The notes below the pieces were generated by a model, which ran no database searches, was not told the origin of the DNA, and worked only from the letters and a program-made list of their open reading frames with translations. Both the position numbers and the translations under genes were made by a program. From Raillietiella orientalis (taxonomy: Eukaryota), in the NCBI GenBank assembly GCA_036172245.1, contig JAYWIR010000017.1, positions 3,906,001-3,929,577 on the forward strand: DNA of 23,577 bases, written 5' to 3'. Positions 10,300 through 21,400 of this stretch are shown here, one piece after another (within the stretch, counting starts at the first letter, position 1; every line of letters starts with the position of its first letter).

Positions 10300-11150
10300 G
10301 TCGACAAATGCATTATCTTCATCCTTCAAATGCGAAAAGTTCCAAAGAGTTCGGCGATGCGTGCCAAATTGGAAGCTTCAACTCTGAGCGCGCTCAAGGA
10401 CCCATGTTGCGTAAGAAGACCTCGGCAGGGCAAGAGACACTCTTGGTCTCCCTACGTCACTCTTCAGGTCACCCTCCGATCCGCGAATCCTCCTCCCCCC
10501 CCCTTCCTCTTCAACTCTCTGCTCTCCCGACATTCCAGCGCTACTCATTTTTCTCCTTCTGCCGACAGCTGTTCGCTTTCTCTGGGAGACGCTGTTGAAA
10601 TTTGGAAGCAGGATTTCCCAAGAATCCATTTTGAGGAGCGCTTCCTGTTTTGCCCGCTCCTGATTCGCTTTCTCCGCCCTCCCTCCACCTGCGCATTCTG
10701 GATTTTTCAAGCAGCAGGGACGATCGAGGTTTCAGGGTTTCCCAACATTCCTCTCATGCTCGCAGCATCCACCCCATCCTGGAGATCACCACGCTCTAAG
10801 ATATATATCCCTTCCCCAGGAACTCATTGCCCCCCACGCGAGACTACATGTCCGGATGCGTCGTTGCCGTGCGGTTCCTATGAGATTGAGGACCACTAAC
10901 GTACGGAGCATTGCAAGAACGCGTGGTGCATTCAGAAGTATTGATGCTGCGGGTGGATGGTCGCGACATGGAATCCTCATGCGTTCCCTGGGGAGTGTCT
11001 GTGACGTAACGGTGTGTTCGGTCGCATCTGCGGCGACTTGAGCGTGTGGAGTCTGGCGACGCCTTTCCGAGAGAATGCCTCCTTTCCGGATGCTCGTTAG
11101 CAGTGGGGTCGCAGAGGTTAGCCCTCCAGCCTCCCCCTGCTCTCCCAGCT
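10300..11150 (-). pseudogene. Possible decayed LINE ORF1 (gag-like) fragment
   Basis: Only a weak resemblance: IGTARQRRIRTCSL..MSSWGRDIYLRAW*SPG..CCEH.RNVGK (~TG.R.v.l...IPS...G..v.Y.GQ..C..C...GH), followed by a charged low-complexity segment. Confidence 0.2.
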
Positions 11151-11174
11151 ACCCTTCCTTGTCCCCCGCGCACT

Positions 11175-11940
11175 CTGCCAGCTGAGCGATTGGTCGCTGC
11201 CAGACGCGACGCCGAGATGCCGACTCGCGTCGGAGGTCTCCGCGCGCGGCGCCAACCGTTATGGGTTCGAATCCCGCCCGGGGAAGGGCCAACTCCAGAG
11301 AAACAAGTGCGTCGTGGGTTTTAAGTTTCCCCCACAGGTTGGCGCAGCACCGGCCTGTTGACTGGCCGGGACTGGAGCGTAGGATGGAAGTCGACTCTCT
11401 GGGATCCTTCCGGAAATCAAGGATCGCCGGCTCCATTCGGGGTGTTCCTCCGGTTGTGAAAATGGAGTTGTTCCCTCTCTCCTTCTAGGGAAGGACCTTT
11501 CGATCTCGTACCATGGAGCCGGTGGATCGACACCTCTCCAGGGTGCAAAGATGCGCGCTGCTCCCTTCGGAGAGCGATCTTCCAGAGAAATTGGGAAGCG
11601 TTCCTGTGGGATTCATCTTCAGAGGAGGAAACAGGGAACGGATCCTTTCCCGGTTCCCTCTGGAGAAGAAATCATGGAGTGGTGGTCCCCTCCGGAGGGT
11701 CCCTCCAGAGCGAATGAGGGTTCCCTACCAATCAAAGAGGAACGGACTCCTTCCTCCTGAACTTTCTGGATTCATAGGATGCTACATCCGAGAGCTCACC
11801 CCCTAACTTAAAGAGTTCCACGCGACCTCAAGTGGAGCGCGCGGACAGTGCTAAGGAGCTCCGTGAGACCCCTTCAAGAAGGCGAACGAGAGAGGGAGAG
11901 AGAGAGAGAAAGGTGAAGAAGCGAAAACATAAGAACCTAG
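11175..11940 (+). mobile_element. Composite SINE-like element with a perfect B-box, antisense LINE body and GA-rich tail
   Basis: GGGTTCGAATCCC at 11263-11275; a possible degenerate A-box (cagctgagcgattggt) at 11179-11194; head motif at 11307-11375; body homologous to 8680-8770, 9900-10230 and 7880-8210 (rc); (GA)n/A-rich tail at 11887-11935. Confidence 0.55.
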
Positions 11941-11949
11941 AAGGACTTC

Positions 11950-12330
11950 GATGCCATCAGGACTGGGATGCGCACTTTGATTTCAGCCAAGAGTCCGGGG
12001 AGCGACGCCGAGATAGAGAGAGGCAGCGGGCAAGTCATCATCCCGTTTGTTCTCCCGTTCGGCGAGAATCGCAGAGAGATGCCGCCGTTGCCTGGGACCA
12101 TGGAAACAGCATCCTGCACTGGATTCAGAGGGCACAATGCGACGGAGGGCGATCTCGTCACTTCCCCTTCCTGGAAACAATAATTTGCCCAATTTTTTTT
12201 TATTTTCACTTTTTTTCTTTCTGGTCTTCCCTCCCGTTTGTTCCCTTGCCGAACCTCGCCGGCATACTTCTGCCAATAGTTGGCTCTGGTGGAACTTGAA
12301 CTTCTTCCCCAGCTGCTTGTTTATTGTTTA
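11950..12330 (+). mobile_element. Strongly diverged LINE ORF2 end and T-rich 3'UTR
   Basis: ctgggaccatggaaacagcatcctgc..ggattcagagg..tcacttccccttcctggaa followed by a T-rich tract aligns by eye with 738-880. Confidence 0.45.
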
Positions 12331-12349
12331 CTTTCTAGTCAGCAAACGC

Positions 12350-15030
12350 CCGGCACGACGAGGTGGGAAACTCCGTCCCTCCAATACGAGGACAGTGAGG
12401 AGACAGCGCTGCTGCCATTCTTCGCTGAATACAAAACAAGAGCGGAGTGCAGCTGGAGAGTCAGCAACGAACTCCATACACCAGAAAGTTCTTACCGGGG
12501 CATTGTCCTTCGTTCACCGGCCATCAGAAAAACATTCCGGATCCACCTCGCACGATACCCTGAACAGATGACCACAAAAAGTCATCGTCCTGGAGTTCCG
12601 TAAACAGGATTGGCTGCTGGAATTCTCTTGGCAGGGTGGAGGCCAATGCATCTTCATTCGAACTTCTGTTCCGAGTTCTGAGCATTGCCAGGCAACTCCT
12701 GGAACAATGGAGTTCGTTCTTAAGCCCTGACCTGCTGCCACAGAAACCTAATCGCTCATTGAACTGCCTTTCCTCAGCCACTTTCCTACTCATTCATATG
12801 ATGCTCAGCCTACATCGAAACGGTATTTGTATTCCACTGCTATTTGACTGTAGTGTAAAAGGATGTGACAAGCGTTCAACGTACATGCAGGAATGGTGTG
12901 ATGAAGCTCTTCCACTTTCCTGGAGATCACCACATCGCTTGCCGATCCTAGAAACGTTCCAAGTTTTACCACGTTAGGCAGATCTCTTGCTAGAAGCTAT
13001 GCAAAATGACGCATTGGAGGGATGCCAGCGTGCAGGAATAGATGGCCATCTTCCGGAGGGAAGCACCGCAGAAACTAACGTGTGCACATCACGAAAATGA
13101 ACACCCAGAGATGTTTGATACATTGAGCAAATGCAAACTACCCATGAGAAGACTTCAGCATGACCTGCACCAGCACGCGCCCTCCTTCCCTTCCCTGAGG
13201 TGAGCGAACACTTGACACGAGGTAAAGTACGTCGTTTCGTGTGACGAGTCCGCAACGTTGCATTAGAAGGATGCGAGCAGCACCTCCGTGCTTTCCTGCT
13301 GCGAGACCCGGAACGAGCTGCCATCTCAGCACTTTCCTTCGCCTTTCTCCCGAGGCAGTGCGCTCAACACTGCGCAAGATCACCGTTTCCGTGCCTGTCC
13401 CGAAAATAGGCAGCCACTCGGATCCCATTTAACCCCACATCGCCACATTTAGATGGAATTCAGTGCAAGTAGCCATCTTCCTGGACATCCTTTCGGGATC
13501 TGCTTTCGGAAACACTTGCAATGTTACCCGAAGCCGGGAAGCTAAGCTGGGAAGCTTTGGCGAGATCAGATGGGGCTTTGAGGATCCACTGTGGAAAACT
13601 CCCATTGCGAAGTTGCCCCGCGGGACGTCCTTTTACAATTCCATAATGCAGGTGAACAACCCATGGGCCTTTCGGAACGAAGCCCAGAACAAAAGCACTT
13701 TGATACTAGACATTCAGGAAACTGAGCTTTTCGACATCACTTCCTGACTGCAGAGTTCGTGACAGGTGATGTCTGAGGGATGACGGTAGCTCCCACGGTA
13801 GCAGAAAACTACTTTTCTGCAAGCAAGCAGTGGCGGTGCTGAGGCTGTATGCGAAAATCTGCACTCAAATTCGCAAACGACAAGAGTCACTGAAACGAAA
13901 GACAGCACGGGGCTCAGGAATTCTGTGCTTTCGTTTCAGTGACTTGTCGTTTGCGAATTTGAGTGCTGTTTCAGCACGACAACACACTCTGGTGTTTCCG
14001 TTGCCAGAGTGTGTTGTGACTCCATCTGCCGGCCACTCAAAACTGGGAAGAATCTCTGTGGATAAGGGAAAGCACATGAGCCCTTCACGTCCCTCCTGGA
14101 AGAACTGAGAGGTCACACTGTCCAAACTGAGGAAGACCTTTTCGTAATGAAGTATATGAAGGCAATGAAGCAAACTGAGAGAGCATCGGTCCTCAAATGA
14201 CCTCATTTTGCTCGCCGCCTTTATATAAACTTTTCGGAAAACCTTCCTTACGAGTTGCCTCCGCAACGCAACAAGCCCAGAGGAGAAGAATGGCAACTAC
14301 CAAAAGGAGAGCTCTGTACCCACCTCGACACAGTGCTTTGCTTTCACGACCAGGTCCTCCACGGAACCGCTCCAGAGTGTGCGTTCGACTCGCGCCAAAG
14401 GAAGGACAGAAGCTCATGGACTCAGAAGGCCTCAAGAGCAATTGAAGTCACATCTCGACGTGTGAACAAGGGAACCCACGCAACGGCAGCTTGGCACCGT
14501 CATCGATACGTCGTGCTCTTCCCTGTCCGACACCACCGATCCAACAGATTCACAGAAAGTCAAAAATGTAAAAGTATAAAACTTAGCTGTTTCGCTGGTC
14601 ATGGAACGCTTGTTAGCTGCGGGACACCTGGATGTCAACTACTGGAAGAAACAAATTTCATTATGGAATCGAACTCATCTGGAAAATCTTCTGAAGACTC
14701 CTTCCGTAGAGACCACTGTGGCAGGAAAACATAAGAAATCATATTCTGCAGAATGGCAACGACCATGTGCAACTGAAACATCTGGGAAAAGTTTCAAGTG
14801 CTTTGAACAAATGCGGATCTTGTGTGTGCATCAAAGTGATGTACAAAAATCCGCAAACTCACCTATTTTTTTTGTCGAAACTCCCAAGGATCACAAGGTT
14901 TTTATCAAAGTCTTACCGTGCTTGGAACACCATCGAAACCAATGGAATCACATTTTTGCCATCTTAGTGCACGAAAAAGAGAATTCTTGTCTGTACCCTG
15001 AGAAGTTTATGCGAAGCAAGTGGCTTTGAA
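12350..15030 (-). pseudogene. Long decayed L1/Tx1-like ORF2 (APE endonuclease + reverse transcriptase)
   Basis: Colinear motif remnants: LVILGSFD 14874-14897 (~ILGDFN), VSDR 14522-14533 (~SDH), CDFNCS (~WKFN.S), RGSYRHPSDITCHEL (~GK.PGPDG..EF), GLFTCI..KD...GNF..LASRLRVTL 13519-13545, ILRSVERTAS (~LD.EKAFD), GSASDVVISRKVEEL 12904-12948, RLGFCGSRSGLKNEL (~LS..GR..L.K), FLW 12572-12580. Contains stops and frameshifts. Confidence 0.6.
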
Positions 15031-15053
15031 CTCATGAGGAAACTGACGTCCGA

Positions 15054-15130
15054 GAACCCATGAAGAAGCTATGAACCTATGAAACCTAAAACCTATGAAC
15101 CTATGAAACGGAAAACCCATGAACCCTAGG
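15054..15130. repeat. Degenerate short tandem repeat, approx. (AACCYATG)n
   Basis: gaacccatgaagaagctatgaacctatgaaacctaaaacctatgaacctatgaaacggaaaacccatgaaccctagg. Confidence 0.75.
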
Positions 15131-15439
15131 CCCAAGCCTGTTGCAGAAATTATCTTTCTCCCCTCAATCATTAAATGAATATCATTTTCGAACTTCAGGG
15201 AAGAATTGAGAAATTCAATTAGTAGCAGATGCTTCGGTCAATTGCAGCTTATAGTCACGGATCGACAACCTTCCGCGTTTGCACTTCCGCACACTTGATA
15301 TTGCTGCTAGGCATGCAAACCGCCTTAAGTTCAAGACAAAATATACAGTTCACATGACTGTGCACTCTAATTTGTTAGCTCTCCACAAAACTGGCAGTCG
15401 TCCAGGGTTCCGTGTTAACTATTACCAAAAAGAAAATCG

Positions 15440-15475
15440 ATGATCCCAATTCTTAGACTGCTCTTGTTACTTCAG
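15440..15475 (+). CDS. Mucin-like gene exon 1 (signal peptide MIPILRLLLLLQ)
   Basis: ATG at 15440 and a hydrophobic core. The phase-0 donor CAG|GTAATG at 15476 matches the acceptor tctccttctag at 15580. Confidence 0.75.
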
Positions 15476-18400
15476 GTAATGCATGAACATTTTAAAAATA
15501 TAGTGAATCCATGATATAAGTACTATAAAAGAAAAATTGAAGCGACGCTGTGCAAAGACCTCTTTCATGTCTCCTTCTAGACATTAGTATGGCATCCTAC
15601 ACCTTCATCTGTCCAAACCGTATCTGGCTTGATGAATGTGGAGATGCACCAAGCAAAACGATGCAAATTGACACGCCTGAATGAAGAAAGCTATTCATTA
15701 GAAATGCCTGACCTTAGAGGCACTCCCTCTTGTGACATAGGTCTACATGTAAGTAATTATGCAGCAAATTCTATCGATAGTAACTAGAGGTTTTCCTATC
15801 GAAGAACGGCATCTTCCCATTTGCAGCAGAATTGTCTATAACTCCTAACAAAGACACAAGAAACAGAGAAGGAGCATTGCAATTCAAGGATATCATCAGA
15901 TCAAAGAAGTAGGTACCATAATACTGAGAGAATGTTTCTCACATATGCTCAACGCTTCGAGAAATTACTGTTTACACAGAAACTTGTAGTCTATTCCCAT
16001 AACATTATATTACTGTTTACATAGCAACTTGTAGTCTATTCCCATGACACTATATTACTGTTTACATAGCAACTTGCAGTCTATTCCATGACATTATATT
16101 AGACATTTCATTCCAAAACCATCATTCATTGTATAAAGAAATGAACGAATCCAAAAACAATAACTACAATGCGTTTTAGGATCACTTTCCAAGACGTAAA
16201 GGAGAAAGAAAGCTACTGCATTTTTCGAGGTGCTCAGATCAGCCTCATGGATACCCGTCTCCAAGGAATTCAGATCGACATAAAGAATATCGAAAAGCCA
16301 CACCCATATCTAATACAAAAAACTGACGAATACTTTCGGGTTCCAAGTCTCAAAGTAATAACATCAGCAAGAAATGAAAAAACATCTTATATAGAAGTGA
16401 AGGTAAGAATCAATATAAAATGCATTTAAACTAATCCTTAATTCACATCATATCGTGTGAGCGAACACCATCACCAAAGTAAAGAAAAATTACACTGAAT
16501 CATTCTTAAACAAAATAGAATATTCTAACATAACCAATGGGAAAATATACAGGATTTCCGAGCCCTTCACAACACGTTAACTAGCCAAAAAAAAACCCGA
16601 TCATACATCAAAAAACTCTCTTCACATCGACAAATTATCAAACAGCAATGCTAATAACAAAGTAACCAATTAACAGAAAGAGTCAAAACAAACTTCATAG
16701 AAAAACCACTTTTCTTTATCCCACAGTCCGGCAAAACTTTTCAAGCATCCGCAATACTTAGACGGATACCAACAGAAAAAAAAATCACCTACACAATCTA
16801 CGTCACTACAGCAGCAAGGAAAAACCCTAAGAAGCTACAAATATACAGGTTCAACGCAACCAGCCTTCAAATCAACAGAGAAATCCGAGCGCAAAATCAA
16901 GGATCCAGTTTACAATTCATTCTCATCGGCAACAGCAAGTATTTAGGAAAAGGACTTTGCATCTTTACAAAACAAATAAAAAATAACAAAATTCCAACAA
17001 CAACACCAGGTAAATAGAAAAAAATCAACAACACAAAAACAGACAAAATCAAAAAACAACCACCAAATAATTAGCAAAAATTTCTCCCTAGAAATAATCA
17101 ACCCAACAACGCCGCAACGAAAAACAACGACCAGTGCTACTACGAAAACCACCAACACACAGACAACTCAAAAGACACCACTACTAACATCCTCAACAAA
17201 ATACTCAAGCATAAGTCCAACAACAATTTCCAACCCATCAAGTGAACAGACATCACAAAAAACCACCACCAGGACTACAAAACCAACAACCAAAACAGAA
17301 AAGCCATCATCAACTCATCAGTCACCCCAAAGCAGTACCGTAAGCGCCACTACAGGAACAACGGCATGGTCTTCCCAAACACTGACAACCACAACCACAT
17401 CAACTACTGCTACTCATAGCTACGGTAGCACAGACACAACCCCATCTTCTGCATCCACCGAAGCAAGCAGTCCCATCTCCACCACATCAACTGCAAGCAC
17501 ATCAGAAGTTACGGAAACGACAGCTGCCTCCAGTTCCCCTTCGTCAACGGCGTCAACACCGGAGCCGTCAAGTTCATCCGACACGTCTGCCACACCAACG
17601 CTAACGCCTGCGTCCACTACTGGCAGTACCGTCAGCGCCACTTCAGGAAGCACAGTATCCTCCTCCCTCGCAACCACAACCACGACAGCCTCTTCAACTG
17701 GTACTGGGAGACCCGGTAGCACCGACACGAGCCCATCTTCCGCATCCACCGAAGCAAGCAGTCCCATCTCCACCACACCAACTGGAAGCACATCAGAAGT
17801 TACGGAAACGACAGCTGCCTCCAGTTCCCCGTCGTCGCCGGCGTCAACACCGGTGCCGCCCAGTTCATCCGACACGTCTGCAACATCCACGCTATCGCCT
17901 CCGTCAACCGCAGGCAGTACCGTCAGCGCCCACTACAAGAAGCACAGCCTCCTCCTCCCTCGCAACCACAACCACTGCAGCGTCCTCTGCTGGTACTGGG
18001 AGTCCCGGTAGCAGCGACACGAGCCCATCTTCCGCATCCACCGAAGCAAGCAGTCCCATCTCCACCATACCAACTGGAAGCACATCAGAAGTTACGGAAA
18101 CGACAGCTGCCTCCAGTTCCCCGTCGTCGCCGGCGTCGAGCCCCGGTGCCGCCCGCTTCATCGACACGTCTGCCACATCCACGCTATCGCCTGCGTCAAC
18201 CGCAGGCGATGCCGTCAGCGCCACTACAGGAAGCACAGTATCCTCCTCCCTCGCAACCACAACCAGTGCAGCGTCCTCTGCTGGTACTGGGAGTCCCGGT
18301 AGCACCGACACGAGCCCATCTTCCGCATCCACCGAAGCAAGCAGTCCCATCTCCACCACACCAACTGGAAGCACATCAGAAGTTACGGAAACGACAGCTG

Positions 18401-21400
18401 CCTCCAGTTCCCCGTCGTCGCCGGCGTCAACACCGGTGGCGCCCAGTTCATCCGACACGTCTGCCACATCCACGCTATCGCCTCCGTCAACCGCAGGCAG
18501 TACCGTCAGCGCCACTACAAGAAGCACAGCCTCCTCCTCCCTCGCAACCACAACCACGGCAGCGTCCTCTGCTGGTACTGGGAGTCCCGGTAGCACCGAC
18601 ACGAGCCCATCTTCCGCATCCACCGAAGCAAGCAGTCCCATCTCCACCACACCAACTGGAAGCACATCAGAAGTTACGGAAACGACAGCTGCCTCCAGTT
18701 CCCCGTCGTCGCCGGCGTCAACACCGGTGCCGCCCAGTTCATCCGACACGTCTGCAACATCCACGCTATCGCCTCCGTCAACCGCAGGCAGTACCGTCAG
18801 CGCCACTACAAGAAGCACAGCCTCCTCCTCCCTCGCAACCACAACCACAGCAGCGTCCTCTGCTGGTACTGGGAGTCCCGGTAGCAGCGACACGAGCCCA
18901 TCTTCCGCATCCACCGAAGCAAGCAGTCCCATCTCCACCATACCAACTGGAAGCACATCAGAAGTTACGGAAACGACAGCTGCCTCCAGGTCCCCGTCGT
19001 CGCCGGCGTCAACCCCGGTGCCGCCCACTTCATCCGACACGTCTGCCACATCCACGCTATCGCCTGCGTCAACCGCAGGCAGTACCGTCAGTGCCACTAC
19101 AGGAAGCACAGTATCCTCCTCCCTCGCAACCACAACCAGTGCAGCGTCCTCTGCTGGTACTGGGGTCCCGGTGACACCGACACGAGCCCATCTTCCGCAT
19201 CCACCGAAGGAAGCAGTCCCATCTCCCACCACCCCAACTGGAAGCACATCAGAAGTTACGGAAACGACAGCTGCCTCCAGTTCCCCCGTCGTCGCCGGCG
19301 TCAACACCGGTGGCGCCCAGTTCATCCGACACGTCTGCCACATCCACGCTATCGCCTCCGTCAACCGCAGGCAGTACCGTCAGCGCCACTACAGAGCACA
19401 GCCTCCTCCTCCCTCGCAACCACAACCACGGCAGCGTCCTCTGCTGGTACTGGGGAGTCCCGGTAGCACCAACACGAGCCCATCTTCCGTGCATCCACCG
19501 AAGCAAGCAGTCCCATCTCCACCACACCAACTGGAAGCACATCCAAGTTACGGAAACGACAGCTGCCTCCAGTTCCCCGTCGTCGCCGGCGTCAACACCG
19601 GTGCCGCCCAGTTCATCCGACACGTCTGCCACATCCACGCTATCGCCTGCGTCAACCGCAGGCAGTACCGTCAGCGCCACTACAGGAAGCACAGTATCTT
19701 CCTCCCTCGCAACCAGAACCACGGCAGCGTCCTCTGCTGGTACTGGGAGTCCCGGTAGCACCGACACGAGCCCATCTTCTGCATCCACCGAAGCAAGCAG
19801 TCCCATCTCCACCACACCAACTGGAAGCACATCAGAAGTTACGGAAACGACAGCTGCCTCCAGTTCCCCTTCGTCACCGGCGTCAACACCGGTGCCGCCC
19901 AGTTCATCCGACACGTCTGCCACATCCACGCTATCGCCTCCGTCAACCGCAGGCAGTACCGTCAGCGCCACTACAAGAAGCAGCCTCCTCCTCCTCGCAA
20001 CCACAACCACAGCAGCGTCCTCTGCTGGTACTGGGAGTCCCGGTAGCAGCGACACGAGCCCCATCTTCCGCATCCACCGAAGCAGAAGCGGTCCCATCTC
20101 CCACCACACCAACTGGAAGCACATCAGAAGTTACGGAAACGACAGCTGCCTCCAGTTCCCCTTCGTCACCGGCGTCAACACCGGTGCCGCCCAGTTCATC
20201 CGACACGTCTGCCACATCCACGCTATCGCCTCCGTCAACCGCAGGCAGTACCGTCAGCGCCACTACAAGAAGCACAGCCTCCTCCTCCCTCGCAACCACA
20301 ACCACAGCAGCGTCCTCTGCTGGTACTGGGAGTCCCGGTAGCAGCGACACGAGCCCATCTTCCGCATCCACCGAAGCAAGCAGTCCCATCTCCACCACAC
20401 CAACTGGAAGCACATCAGAAGTTACGGAAACGACAGCTGCCTCCAGTTCCCCGTCGTCGCCGGCGTCAACACCGGTGCCGCCCAGTTCATCCGACACGTC
20501 TGCCACATCCACGCTATCGCCTGCGTCAACCGCAGGCAGTACCGTCAGCGCCACTACAGGAAGCACAGTATCCTCCTCCCTCGCAACCACAACCACAGTA
20601 GCGTCCTCTGCTGGTACTGGGAGTCCCGGTAGCACCGACACGAGCCCATCTTCCGCATCCACCGAAGCAAGCAGTACAATCTCCACCACACCAACTGGAA
20701 GCACATCAGAAGTTACGGAAACGACAGCTGCCTCCAGTTCCCCGTCGTCGCCGGCGTCAACCCCGGTGCCGCCCACTTCATCCGACACGTCTGCCACATC
20801 CACGCTATCGCCTGCGTCAACCGCAGGCAGTACCGTCAGCGCCACTACAGGAAGCACAGTATCCTCCTCCCTCGCAACCACAACCAGTGCAGCGTCCTCT
20901 GCTGGTACTGGGAGTACCGGTAGCACCGACACGAGCCCATCTTCCGCATCCACCGAAGCAAGCAGTCCCATCTCCACCACACCAACTGGAAGCACATCAG
21001 AAGTTACGGAAACGACAGCTGCCTCCAGTTCCCCGTCGTCGCCGGCGTCAACACCGGTGGCGCCCAGTTCATCCGACACGTCTGCCACATCCACGCTATC
21101 GCCTCCGTCAACCGCAGGCAGTACCGTCAGCGCCACTACAAGAAGCACAGCCTCCTCCTCCCTCGCAACCACAACCACGACAGCCTCTTCAACTGGTACT
21201 GGGAGTCCCGGTAGCACCGACACGAGCCCATCTTCCGCATCCACCGAAGCAAGCAGTCCCATCTCCACCACACCAACTGGAAGCACATCAGAAGTTACGG
21301 AAACGACAGCTGCCTCCAGTTCCCCGTCGTCGCCGGCGTCAACACCGGTGCCGCCCAGTTCCATCCGACACGTCTGCAACATCCACGCTATCGCCTCCGT

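Noticed and set aside
11175..11290. Functional tRNA gene
   Set aside because: The B-box is perfect, but there are no convincing acceptor, D or anticodon stems, and the putative A-to-B spacing (~85 nt) is long.
203..15029. The many 60-200 aa ORFs in the repeat field as host genes
   Set aside because: They overlap on both strands in GC-rich decayed TE sequence, and homologous copies do not keep the same frame open.
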